The position numbers and the translations under genes were made by a program. From a virus (taxonomy: Duplodnaviria; Caudoviricetes): a stretch of 28,116 nucleotides of DNA. The stretch lies in IMG/VR virus record IMGVR_UViG_3300048858_000114, positions 1 to 28,116 of that record; one strand, given 5' to 3'. This document shows positions 15,567 through 23,909 of the stretch, in pieces. Under the pieces are notes generated by a model. It searched no databases, was not told the origin of the DNA, and saw only the letters and a list, made by a program, of their open reading frames with translations. Within the stretch, counting starts at the first letter, position 1. Every line of letters starts with the position of its first letter.

Positions 15567-15708
15567 GCATTTCTTCACGCATGGCGGTTGAACGTGCGGC
15601 AGCGACCTGAGCAGGGCCTAAATGCCAGCATACCGAATCAGGCCAGCCGCCAGCCGTGAGGGAATGCAGGCTGATCGCCTCATGCCGGACCTAGAGCGCC
15701 GGCCCCTC
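15566..15708 (+). ncRNA. Candidate structured RNA in the late leader
   Basis: 14-bp stem (15566-15579/15655-15668) plus 9-bp stem (15582-15590/15644-15652) with three G-U pairs valid only on +; overlapping three-way junction 15658-15708. Confidence 0.5.
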
Positions 15709-15743
15709 AATAATCTCCACCTGGCGGCTCACCACCGCTATTA

Positions 15744-15782
15744 GACGCCCCTCTGGCTTGTGCCGGCGGGGCGTTTCCTTTT
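15744..15782 (+). terminator. Second late-leader terminator-like hairpin
   Basis: GACGCCCC/GGGGCGTT outer stem, CTGGC/GCCGG inner stem, then TCCTTTT. Confidence 0.65.
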
Positions 15783-15795
15783 GGTGCTTAGGACT

Positions 15796-16116
15796 ATGGG
15801 TCTCGCCACCCTCAAGCCGAGGCTGCCCACCGCTAACACGCTAAGGGCGCCAGTGCTGGAATCCAAGGCAGGCGCAACACCACGAGCTCGTGGCCGTGCC
15901 TGGATGGAGACCCGCAAGCGTGTAGCTCTGGCGCACGACTATCGCTGTGCCATGTGTGGCTGTGTATGGGTGCCCCATAGGGACCAGATAGACCACAAGG
16001 TGGCGCTGGAGCAGGGCGGCAGCAACGAGGACAGCAACCTCCAGCCCCTGTGTTCTGACTGCCACGCCAGCAAGACGGCGCGAGAGGCAAGCGCAAGAGC
16101 AAAGGGAGGGGTGTAG
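15796..16116 (+). CDS. HNH endonuclease (HK97 gp74-like packaging cofactor)
   Basis: CAMC...IDHKVALEQGG.N...NLQPLC..CH..KT; immediately upstream of terS. Confidence 0.9.
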   Translation: MGLATLKPRLPTANTLRAPVLESKAGATPRARGRAWMETRKRVALAHDYRCAMCGCVWVPHRDQIDHKVALEQGGSNEDSNLQPLCSDCHASKTAREASARAKGGV

Positions 16117-16200
16117 GAAAAGTCTGGGGCCCTTAGGGCTCGGAAACCTAGCGCCCAGCCACGCGGACAAGAAATCCCATTTTTCAACAGGAATCAGCAA
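16117..16200. other. Probable cos region
   Basis: HNH-terS intergenic position typical of 3'-cos HK97-like phages; GC-rich core GCGCCCAGCCA near 16151-16161; exact cut site not determinable. Confidence 0.5.
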
Positions 16201-16521
16201 ATGGCAGGCGTCAAAGGAAAGAGCGGGGGCCCGCGTGCGAATGCGGGTGGCGCTCGGCCGGGCGCTGGCAGAAAGCCGAACCCTAAGCCGGTGCCCGTTG
16301 CTATCGACGGTGACGACACGGTGAAGTTGCTGCAGGACATCGCCTTCGGGCGTGTTGAAGCGACCAACATTCAGGTGCGTGCCGCTATCGCGGCTTCGCA
16401 GTACACCCACACGAAGAAAGGCGACGGCGGGAAGAAGGACGATCAGGCCAACAAGGCTCAGAAGGCGGCCAGCAAGTTTGCGCCGACGGCGGCGCCGAAG
16501 CTGATCGTCAACAACCGCTGA
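16201..16521 (+). CDS. terS: Terminase small subunit
   Basis: GGARPGAGRKP N-terminus; directly before terL. Confidence 0.85.
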   Translation: MAGVKGKSGGPRANAGGARPGAGRKPNPKPVPVAIDGDDTVKLLQDIAFGRVEATNIQVRAAIAASQYTHTKKGDGGKKDDQANKAQKAASKFAPTAAPKLIVNNR

Positions 16522-16522
16522 C

Positions 16523-18205
16523 ATGGATTGGACGACTGCCTGCCCTGACTGGGCGGGTCGGCTGCGCTCGGGCGCATCCATCATCCCGCGGCCGATCTTC
16601 CCAGATCGAGCCCAGGAAGCGCTAGACGTCTTCAAGCAGTTGCGGATCGTTGACGCCCCGGGCAGCCCGACGTTCGGGGCATCCTGCAAGCCTTGGGTCT
16701 TTGACTTCGTGGCGGCGATCTTCGGTGCCTACGACGCCGATACGGGTCGGAGGCTCATTCGGGAAGCGCTGATGCTGATCCCGAAGAAGAACAGCAAGTC
16801 CACGTTGGCGGCCGGAATCATGCTGACCGCGCTCATCCTGAACTGGAGAGCGTCGGCAGAAATGATCATCCTCGCGCCGACAGTGGAGATCGCGAACAAC
16901 GCCTACGCGCCGGCCAGGGACATGATCAAGGTCGACGAAGAGCTGTCCGAGCTGTTCCACGTCCAGGACCACGTTCGGACGATCACGCATCGGACGATGG
17001 GCGCCACCCTGAAGGTGGTCGCCGCGGACAGCGACACGGTCGGCGGCAAGAAGGCCAGTTGGATCCTGATCGACGAAGAGTGGATCTTCGGCAAGAAGCC
17101 GAACGCCGAGGCGATGTTCCGCGAGGCGACCGGCGGTCTAGCTTCACGCCCCGAAGGCATGCTGATCAAGCTGAGCACGCAGTCGGACGAGCCTCCGGCT
17201 GGCATCTTCAAGCAGGACCTCCAGTACGCGCGCGACGTGCGCGACGGAAAGATCAAGGACGACAAGTTCCTTCCGGTGCTTTACGAGCATCCGCCCGAGA
17301 TGGTGGCGTCCGGTGAGCACCTGAAGCTGGAGAACCTACCGCTGGTCAACCCGAACTTCGGGGTGTCGGTGGACGCAGAGTATCTGGAGCGCGAGTACGC
17401 GAAGGCCGAACTGGCCGGCGAGGGATCGCTGCGCGGATTCCTGGCGAAGCACGGCAACGTCGAGATCGGGCTGAACCTGCGATCCGATCGCTGGGCCGGC
17501 GCCGACTTCTGGGAGCGGCAGGGCACCGAACGCGGGCTAACCCTCGATTCGCTCCTTGATCGCTGCGAGGTAGTGGACGTCGGTATTGACGGCGGCGGTC
17601 TGGACGATTTGCTGGGTCTGGCGGTTGTGGGGCGTGAGCGCGAGACGCGGAACTGGCTTCTGTGGACGCACGCTTGGGCGCATTCGTCCGTGCTGGAACG
17701 CCGAAAAGAGATCGCGCCGCGGCTGCACGACTTCGCGAAGCAGGGCGACGTAACGCTGGTCAAGGAGATCGGTGACGACGTCTACGAGGTCGCCGAGATC
17801 GTCGCGCAGTGCGAGGCGTCCGGCCTCCTAGACAAGGTGGGATGCGACCCGGCAGGCCTGGGCGGCATCCTTGACGCGATGGTTGAGGCGGACATCCCGC
17901 AGGACAAGGTAATCGGCATCCGGCAAGGCTGGTCGATGACCGGCGCCATCAAGACGACCGAGCGGAAGCTGGCCGAAGGCGCACTGGTCCACGGTGGGCA
18001 GCCATTGATGGCGTTCTGCGTGGGCAACGCAAAGGTGGAGCCGCGTGGGAACGCCATTTTGATCACGAAACAGGCATCGGGTACTGGAAAGATCGACCCG
18101 CTGCTGGCGACATTCAACGCGGTGACGCTCATGTCACTGAATCCCGAGGGGATGGGCTCCATGAATGACTGGCTGAGCAGCCCCGTACTGGCGGGCCGCG
18201 CATGA
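16523..18205 (+). CDS. terL: Terminase large subunit
   Basis: Walker A IPKKNSKST, Walker B ILIDEE, LSTQ coupling motif, nuclease GIDGG..DD and KIDP. Confidence 0.96.
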   Translation: MDWTTACPDWAGRLRSGASIIPRPIFPDRAQEALDVFKQLRIVDAPGSPTFGASCKPWVFDFVAAIFGAYDADTGRRLIREALMLIPKKNSKSTLAAGIMLTALILNWRASAEMIILAPTVEIANNAYAPARDMIKVDEELSELFHVQDHVRTITHRTMGATLKVVAADSDTVGGKKASWILIDEEWIFGKKPNAEAMFREATGGLASRPEGMLIKLSTQSDEPPAGIFKQDLQYARDVRDGKIKDDKFLPVLYEHPPEMVASGEHLKLENLPLVNPNFGVSVDAEYLEREYAKAELAGEGSLRGFLAKHGNVEIGLNLRSDRWAGADFWERQGTERGLTLDSLLDRCEVVDVGIDGGGLDDLLGLAVVGRERETRNWLLWTHAWAHSSVLERRKEIAPRLHDFAKQGDVTLVKEIGDDVYEVAEIVAQCEASGLLDKVGCDPAGLGGILDAMVEADIPQDKVIGIRQGWSMTGAIKTTERKLAEGALVHGGQPLMAFCVGNAKVEPRGNAILITKQASGTGKIDPLLATFNAVTLMSLNPEGMGSMNDWLSSPVLAGRA

Positions 18206-19476
18206 AGAAACGACCGCCGAAAGGGCTTGTCAGCCGAATCAGCGCAGCTATCGATGGATGGGTGCGCTCGTTCTCTCTGCGCGATCGGGATCTGTACGTC
18301 GATCGCACCACGGAGAGCAACGCGGGAGTGGAGGTGACGCCTAAGGCCGTGCTGCAACTGGATGCTGCGTGGGCGTGCGTGCGTCTCATCTCGGAGACCA
18401 TCGCCACTTTGCCGCTCTCAATGTACGAGCGTACGGCCAACGGAAAGCGGTTCGCATCGCAGCACCCGCTGCAGTTCGTGATCCATGACCAGCCCAACGC
18501 CGACTCTACGGCATCGGTATTCTGGGAAGCCATGGTTGCGGCAATGCTGCTGCGTGGGGCCGGTCGAGCAGAGAAGCTGTATGTTGGACCGCAACTGGTC
18601 GGCCTAGCCTTCCTTGACCCTGACAAGCTCGTATGTGGCCGTGACGCGGCAGGGCACAAGCGCTTCAGATACCCGCGGGCCAATGGTGAGATGCGGGACA
18701 TCCCGGAGTCGCGGATTTGGACGATCCCCGGTTTTACGTTGGACGGCATCAACGGCGTGTCGGTGATCGCCTACGGTGCGAAGGTGTTCGGGTCCGCCAT
18801 TGCTGCCGACAAGGCAGCCGCGGAGACCTTCAAGAACGGCCTGCTGCAAACCATCTTTTACAAGATGGCGGCATTCCTCAAGCCGGAGCAGCGGGTCGAG
18901 TTCAAGAAGAACTTGGCTGGCTCCATCGAGCGCGGCGAGGCACCGCTCTTGGAAGGCGGCATGGATGTGAGCACGGTGGGGGTCAACCCTGCCGACGCAC
19001 AGTTGCTGGAGTCGCGCGGATTCTCTGTCGAATCCGTTTGCCGCTGGTTCCGTGTCCCGCCCTGGATGGTGGGTCACACCGAAAAGTCGAGCAGCTGGGG
19101 CACCGGCATCGAGCAGCAGATGATCGGATTCCTGACCTTCACGCTTGGGCCATGGCTCAAGCGCATTGAGCAGGCAATCAGCAAGGATCTGCTGACGCCG
19201 GCCGAGCGGGTCCGCTACTACCCCAAGTTCGCCGTCGAAGGCTTGCTGCGCGCTGATAGCGCCGGCAGGTCCGCGTTCTACGCCGCGATGGTGAACAACG
19301 GCATTCTTACCCGCGACGAGGTCCGCGAGCTTGAAGACCGCGAGCCGATGGGCGGCAATGCCGCAGTGCTGACCGTCCAGTCGGCCATGACGACTCTGGA
19401 CGCGCTCGGCGCGCAGAACGACGACGCCAACCAAGCCAAGGCAGCGATGCGCGCCTTTCTCGGCTTCGAAAACTAG
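18202..19476 (+). CDS. HK97-family portal protein
   Basis: AWACVRLISETIATLPL..Y, QLLESR.F...CRWFRVPP, GILTRDEVRELE. Confidence 0.96.
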   Translation: MKKRPPKGLVSRISAAIDGWVRSFSLRDRDLYVDRTTESNAGVEVTPKAVLQLDAAWACVRLISETIATLPLSMYERTANGKRFASQHPLQFVIHDQPNADSTASVFWEAMVAAMLLRGAGRAEKLYVGPQLVGLAFLDPDKLVCGRDAAGHKRFRYPRANGEMRDIPESRIWTIPGFTLDGINGVSVIAYGAKVFGSAIAADKAAAETFKNGLLQTIFYKMAAFLKPEQRVEFKKNLAGSIERGEAPLLEGGMDVSTVGVNPADAQLLESRGFSVESVCRWFRVPPWMVGHTEKSSSWGTGIEQQMIGFLTFTLGPWLKRIEQAISKDLLTPAERVRYYPKFAVEGLLRADSAGRSAFYAAMVNNGILTRDEVRELEDREPMGGNAAVLTVQSAMTTLDALGAQNDDANQAKAAMRAFLGFEN

Positions 19477-19485
19477 GACTGATAC

Positions 19486-20355
19486 ATGAGCAAGAGAACG
19501 CTTCCGGGTGCGCCGGAGGGGCGCCCCTGCGCCGGCGTCACCAGCCAGGTGCAGCCGCGCGCTTTCGACCGCTGGAATGCTGGCGTGCGCGCTGCTGCAG
19601 AACAAGAAGACGACCGGTCGATCAGCGTCTATGACGTGATTGGCTACGACTACTGGACCGGCGAGGGGGTAACCGCCAAGCGGATCGCTGCAGCGCTGCG
19701 CAGCATGGGCGCCGGCCCGGTGACGGTCAACGTCAACTCACCCGGCGGCGACATGTTCGAAGGTCTGGCGATCTACAACCTGCTGCGCGAGCACGACGGG
19801 GAGATCACCGTCAAGGTCTTGGGCCTGGCCGCATCTGCGGCTTCGATCATAGCGATGGCGGGCGACACCGTACAAATCGCGCGCGCCGGCTTCCTGATGA
19901 TCCACAACGCATGGGTGATGGCGATCGGCAATCGCAACGACTTGATCGAGATCGCTGAGACCCTGAAGCCGTTCGACGACGCGATGGCGAGCATTTACGC
20001 CGCTCGCACTGGGCAGGATCAAGCCGCCATTGCGAAGCTCATGGACGCCGAAACTTGGATCGGTGGAGAGGCAGCTGTCGAGGATGGATTTGCCGACGAG
20101 TTGTTGCCCTCCGATCAGGTGCAGAAGGGCGCCGGGAAGGCTAGCGCGTCCGCCGCCAGGCGGATCGAAGCCGGGCTGCGTGCTAGCGGCATGCCGAAGT
20201 CCGAGGCGATGCGCCTCATTAGCGAATTCAAGTCCAGTTCGGGCGACCCGGCTGGCGGCGGTGAGGGTGATCCCACCGAACGAGTCGAGATTCGTCCCGA
20301 TTCCCTCAGCAGTGCTGCGGCCCTTGCCGCATCCCTCACCACCATCAATCCCTGA
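19486..20355 (+). CDS. ClpP-type (S14) prohead protease
   Basis: VNSPGGDMFEG, GLAASAAS, MIHN, ETW...GFAD. Confidence 0.94.
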   Translation: MSKRTLPGAPEGRPCAGVTSQVQPRAFDRWNAGVRAAAEQEDDRSISVYDVIGYDYWTGEGVTAKRIAAALRSMGAGPVTVNVNSPGGDMFEGLAIYNLLREHDGEITVKVLGLAASAASIIAMAGDTVQIARAGFLMIHNAWVMAIGNRNDLIEIAETLKPFDDAMASIYAARTGQDQAAIAKLMDAETWIGGEAAVEDGFADELLPSDQVQKGAGKASASAARRIEAGLRASGMPKSEAMRLISEFKSSSGDPAGGGEGDPTERVEIRPDSLSSAAALAASLTTINP

Positions 20356-20366
20356 AGGAAGACACC

Positions 20367-21566
20367 ATGTCGCAAATCGAAAAGGACATCGAGTCCATCA
20401 CCGCCAGCCTGAAGACGGTCGGCGACCAGATCAAGGCGCAAGCCGAAGTCTTCGCCAAGAACGCCAAGCAGAACGAGGAAGTCGTCGCCAAGGTCGACGG
20501 CATGCTCATGAAGCACGGCGAGCTTCAGAACAGTCTGCAGGCCACCCAGCAAGCCCTGGCGAAACTGGAAGCCAACGGTGCGGGCGGCGACGTTCAGCAC
20601 GAATCGTACGGTCAGAAGTTCGTGAACAGCGAAGCCTTCAAGGCGTTCGCTGCGCAGACTACGCCCCGCGGCCGTGTTGACATGCCGATCCATGCTGCCA
20701 TCACGAGCCTGACGACCGATGCCGACGGCTCGGCCGGTGACCTGGTGCAGACCACGCGCGTGCCGGGGGTCCTCGCCCTGCCACAGCGTCGCATGACCGT
20801 GCGCGACCTGATCACGCCGGGCACCATGGACGGAAACGCGCTGGAGTACGTCAAGGAAACCGGCTTCACCAACAACGCCGGCATGGTGGCCGAAACGGCG
20901 AAGAAGCCGGAATCGAGCATGAAATTCGATCTGGTCAGCACCACCGCCAAGGTCATCGCCCACTACGTGAAGGCATCCCGCCAGATCCTCAGCGACGCTT
21001 CGCAGCTGGCAAGCATCATCGACGGCCGCCTGCGCTACGGTCTGGCGTTCAAGGAAGAACAGCAGCTGCTGAACGGTGATGGCACCGGCCAGAACCTGCT
21101 GGGGATCATCCCGCAGGCATCGGCCTATGTCGCTCCGTTCGATCCGGCGGGCACGGAGACAAACATCGACATGATCCGTCTGGCGATGCTGCAGGCGTTC
21201 CTGGCAGAGTACCCCGCCACCGGCCATGTGATGAACCCCATCGACTGGGCGCGCATCGAGCTGCTGAAGGACACGACCGGCCGCTACATCATCGGTAACC
21301 CCCAAGGCAGCATCGGCGCCACCCTGTGGAACCTGCCGGTGGTGGAGACCCAGGCTATCCCTGTCGACAAGTTCCTTACCGGTGCGTTCAAGCTCGGCGC
21401 CCAAGTGTTTGACCGCTGGCTCGCGCGCGTCGAAGTAGCGACCGAGAACGAGGACGACTTCGTGAAGAACATGGTCACCATCCTGGCCGAAGAGCGCTTG
21501 GCGCTGGCGGTCTACCGTCCGGAAGCGTTCATCTACGGCGACTTCGGCAACGTCACCGAAGGCTAA
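20367..21566 (+). CDS. HK97-fold major capsid protein
   Basis: N-terminal coiled-coil delta domain; EEQQLLNGDG.G.N..GI; ILAEERLALAVYRPEAF. Confidence 0.96.
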   Translation: MSQIEKDIESITASLKTVGDQIKAQAEVFAKNAKQNEEVVAKVDGMLMKHGELQNSLQATQQALAKLEANGAGGDVQHESYGQKFVNSEAFKAFAAQTTPRGRVDMPIHAAITSLTTDADGSAGDLVQTTRVPGVLALPQRRMTVRDLITPGTMDGNALEYVKETGFTNNAGMVAETAKKPESSMKFDLVSTTAKVIAHYVKASRQILSDASQLASIIDGRLRYGLAFKEEQQLLNGDGTGQNLLGIIPQASAYVAPFDPAGTETNIDMIRLAMLQAFLAEYPATGHVMNPIDWARIELLKDTTGRYIIGNPQGSIGATLWNLPVVETQAIPVDKFLTGAFKLGAQVFDRWLARVEVATENEDDFVKNMVTILAEERLALAVYRPEAFIYGDFGNVTEG

Positions 21567-21573
21567 GGCATCC

Positions 21574-21604
21574 GAGGGGCCCGGTTCGCCGGGCTCTTTG
21601 CTTT
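21574..21604 (+). terminator. Intrinsic terminator after capsid gene
   Basis: GAGGGGCCCGG-TTCG-CCGGGCTCTTT hairpin with T-rich tail. Confidence 0.75.
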
Positions 21605-21620
21605 CCGAAGGAGAGCCATC

Positions 21621-21839
21621 ATGCAAATCAAGTTCAGAGCCCCCGATCCTCGCGCCGGCACCATAGCGCAGATGGACAGCAGCCGCGGCCAGTTCTTCAT
21701 TGACAGCGGTGCCGCTGTGCTCGTGAAAGACGGCGGCGGTGACCCGGCGACGACGCAACCTGAGCCGGTGCAGTCGAAGAAAGCCCCTGAGCCCGAGCCG
21801 AAGAAGGCCGCCGAGCCTGCTACCAAGGCGAAGAAGTGA
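21621..21839 (+). CDS. Small head-associated hypothetical protein (72 aa)
   Basis: AAGGAG RBS; P/E/K-rich tail; lies between capsid and connector. Confidence 0.8.
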   Translation: MQIKFRAPDPRAGTIAQMDSSRGQFFIDSGAAVLVKDGGGDPATTQPEPVQSKKAPEPEPKKAAEPATKAKK

Positions 21840-22312
21840 GCATCATCAGCCTGGCGACCGCCAAAGCGCACCTGCGCCTGGAGTCTGACTACCCGGACTC
21901 ACAGGTGCTGCCGAAGCTGGAAGCGGCCGAGCGTATGGCTGCCGAGTTCTTGAATCGTCGGATCTATGCCGCCGATACGGACCTGACGGCTGCAGTATCT
22001 GCTGTGCCCGCCGCCCTTGTCGCTGCCGGCACCGCCTACCAGACGGCGCTGGCCGCAGGCGAGGCCATCGACGACGAGGTTGCGCGTTGTGCCGCACAAG
22101 GCTATGCGCAGCGGGTCTACCGGGAAGCGCAGGCAGCAGCCGGCGAGATCTACGCTGGGATCGTAATCAACCCGCAGATCGAGGCGGCAATCCTGCTGAC
22201 CCTCGGGCATCTGTTCGAGAACCGACAGGACGTCCAGCAGGGCGCCATTCAGCAGTTGCCTATCGGCGCGCAGCAATTGCTTTTCCCCTTCCGCGTGGGC
22301 CTGGGGGTGTGA
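21836..22312 (+). CDS. Head-tail connector (HK97 gp6-like)
   Basis: ISLATAKAHLRL...AAILLTLGHLFENR...LLFPFR. Confidence 0.9.
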   Translation: MSIISLATAKAHLRLESDYPDSQVLPKLEAAERMAAEFLNRRIYAADTDLTAAVSAVPAALVAAGTAYQTALAAGEAIDDEVARCAAQGYAQRVYREAQAAAGEIYAGIVINPQIEAAILLTLGHLFENRQDVQQGAIQQLPIGAQQLLFPFRVGLGV

Positions 22313-22653
22313 TGCGCATCGGAACATTGGACCGCCACGTTGTCGTGCGGCGCTGGCAGGATCAGCCGGACGCAGCTTTCGGTATCGAGCAGGAGTTCGA
22401 CCCGGGCATTCCAGCGTGGGCAAGCATCGTCCCGGTCGGCGCGACGATCTTCTACGGTGCTAAGCAGACCGGCGAAGGTGTGACGCACCGCGTGACGATT
22501 CGTCGGCGGCCGGGCCTGACTGAGACGGAAATCACTGGTGAGCACGTCGTCGATGCGGAAGGCTTGCGCTACCGGGTCCGCCGGGCGAGTGCTTGGCAGG
22601 GCGAGCGCGAAGCGGTCCTTCTCGACGTCGAACTGCTCGGAAAAATCGCATGA
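22312..22653 (+). CDS. Head closure protein (HK97 gp7/SPP1 gp16-like)
   Basis: MRIGTLDRHVVV...WASI.P...THRVTIR; TGATG coupling. Confidence 0.85.
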   Translation: MRIGTLDRHVVVRRWQDQPDAAFGIEQEFDPGIPAWASIVPVGATIFYGAKQTGEGVTHRVTIRRRPGLTETEITGEHVVDAEGLRYRVRRASAWQGEREAVLLDVELLGKIA

Positions 22654-23093
22654 GCAACGACCTAAACGTCCGGCTGTCCGGGCACACCCGCATCGACTTC
22701 GACCGCAAGCAGATCCGGAAGGCGCTTCGCATCGAAGGGCGCGGCGTCCAGAAGGAAGCCCGCCGGTTGGTGGCCCGCCGGGCGATTTCGGCACCTGGGG
22801 AATTTCCCGGCCGAGATACAGGCGCCCTCGCTCGAAGCATCAAATCCAAGGTGAGCCGGCCCGGGTTCCTGGTGCGTATCGCACCGCAAAAGACCGCCGA
22901 GATGGGACAAGACTTCTATCCCGCCTTCCTCCAGTACGGTGTCCGCCCGAATCCGAACGGAAAGGGGGGTGGCCCGAGCGGGTGGCGGATTGAGCCGCGA
23001 GCGAATTATATGGTCGAGGCACTGAACCGTCGCCGGCCTGTGGCAGAGGTGGCGTTGAGGGCGGCGCTGCAAAACGCGCTGATTCCGCGATGA
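22650..23093 (+). CDS. Neck/tail completion protein (HK97 gp10-like)
   Basis: SAPGEFP.RDTGALARSI...YPAFLQYG...EPRANYM. Confidence 0.8.
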   Translation: MSNDLNVRLSGHTRIDFDRKQIRKALRIEGRGVQKEARRLVARRAISAPGEFPGRDTGALARSIKSKVSRPGFLVRIAPQKTAEMGQDFYPAFLQYGVRPNPNGKGGGPSGWRIEPRANYMVEALNRRRPVAEVALRAALQNALIPR

Positions 23094-23704
23094 ACCTGAA
23101 CGCCGTCATTACGCAGTTGCGCCAACGCGCGGGAATCTTCCAGAACCGGGTAGCAGGCGCCGCCAAGTTCCAGGTGCTGCCAGAAGGTGCAAACCTGCTC
23201 GTCCCCGCCGCGTACGTGATTCCGCTGGACGAGAACCCTGATCCGAACAAAAGCACGAACGGCCATCGGCAGACGGTGGAAGACTCATTCGCTGTGGTGG
23301 TGGTCCTGAGCAACGCGGTTGACGAACGGGGCCAGGCGGCGGTTACGACCGTGCATGACATGCGGAAGATTCTGGTACGAGCACTGGTGGGCTGGCAGCC
23401 GGGCGATGACTACGACCAGATCGAGTACGACGGCGGCTCACTGCTCCACTTGGACCGGGCGCGGCTCTATTACCAGTTTGAGTTCAAGGCGGTGTACGAC
23501 ATCGGCTACGAAGACACGTTTAAGTCTGTCCGCGACGATGAGTTGCCCTATCTGGAAGGTCTGGACGTGACGGTCGACGCGATTGACCCTGCCGACCCCA
23601 ACCATCCCAAACAGGATTATCCCAATGATCCGAAAGCTTACCCGGGCGGATCGCCAGGACCGGATGGGCGTGCCGAATCCGGTCTGACGATCGACCTTCT
23701 TTAA
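23090..23704 (+). CDS. Tail terminator (Mu gp37-like)
   Basis: PAAYVIP...FAVVVVL...RALVGWQP...G.LL.LDRARLYYQFEF; precedes sheath. Confidence 0.8.
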   Translation: MNLNAVITQLRQRAGIFQNRVAGAAKFQVLPEGANLLVPAAYVIPLDENPDPNKSTNGHRQTVEDSFAVVVVLSNAVDERGQAAVTTVHDMRKILVRALVGWQPGDDYDQIEYDGGSLLHLDRARLYYQFEFKAVYDIGYEDTFKSVRDDELPYLEGLDVTVDAIDPADPNHPKQDYPNDPKAYPGGSPGPDGRAESGLTIDLL

Positions 23705-23714
23705 GGAGTTACCC

Positions 23715-23909
23715 ATGCATGTCAAACCAGTCTCTGGCCGGGATGTCCCGGATCCGGAGAAGGGCGGCTATTTGCCCGCGGAAGGCCGCGAGGTGGAACC
23801 GTCCCTCTATTGGCTGCGCCGCCTGCGTGATGGCGACGTGGTGGAAGTGAAGCCCGGCGTTGCCGACATCGACGAACCTGCGCCCGCCAAGAAGGGAGCG
23901 AAACAATGA
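23715..23909 (+). CDS. DUF2635 (Mu gp38-like) protein
   Basis: VKPV.GR.VPDP...LP.EG.EV....YWLRRLRDGDVV. Confidence 0.88.
   Translation: MHVKPVSGRDVPDPEKGGYLPAEGREVEPSLYWLRRLRDGDVVEVKPGVADIDEPAPAKKGAKQ

Noticed and set aside
15566-15740. Canonical tRNA in the late leader
   Set aside because: No TTCGA T-loop, D-loop GG or cloverleaf spacing found by eye
19486-20355. Host clpP captured as a moron
   Set aside because: Position between portal and capsid identifies it as the prohead protease
20115-21758. 547-aa antisense ORF over the capsid gene
   Set aside because: Shadow ORF expected from GC-rich codon bias opposite a strongly biased gene; no recognisable motifs
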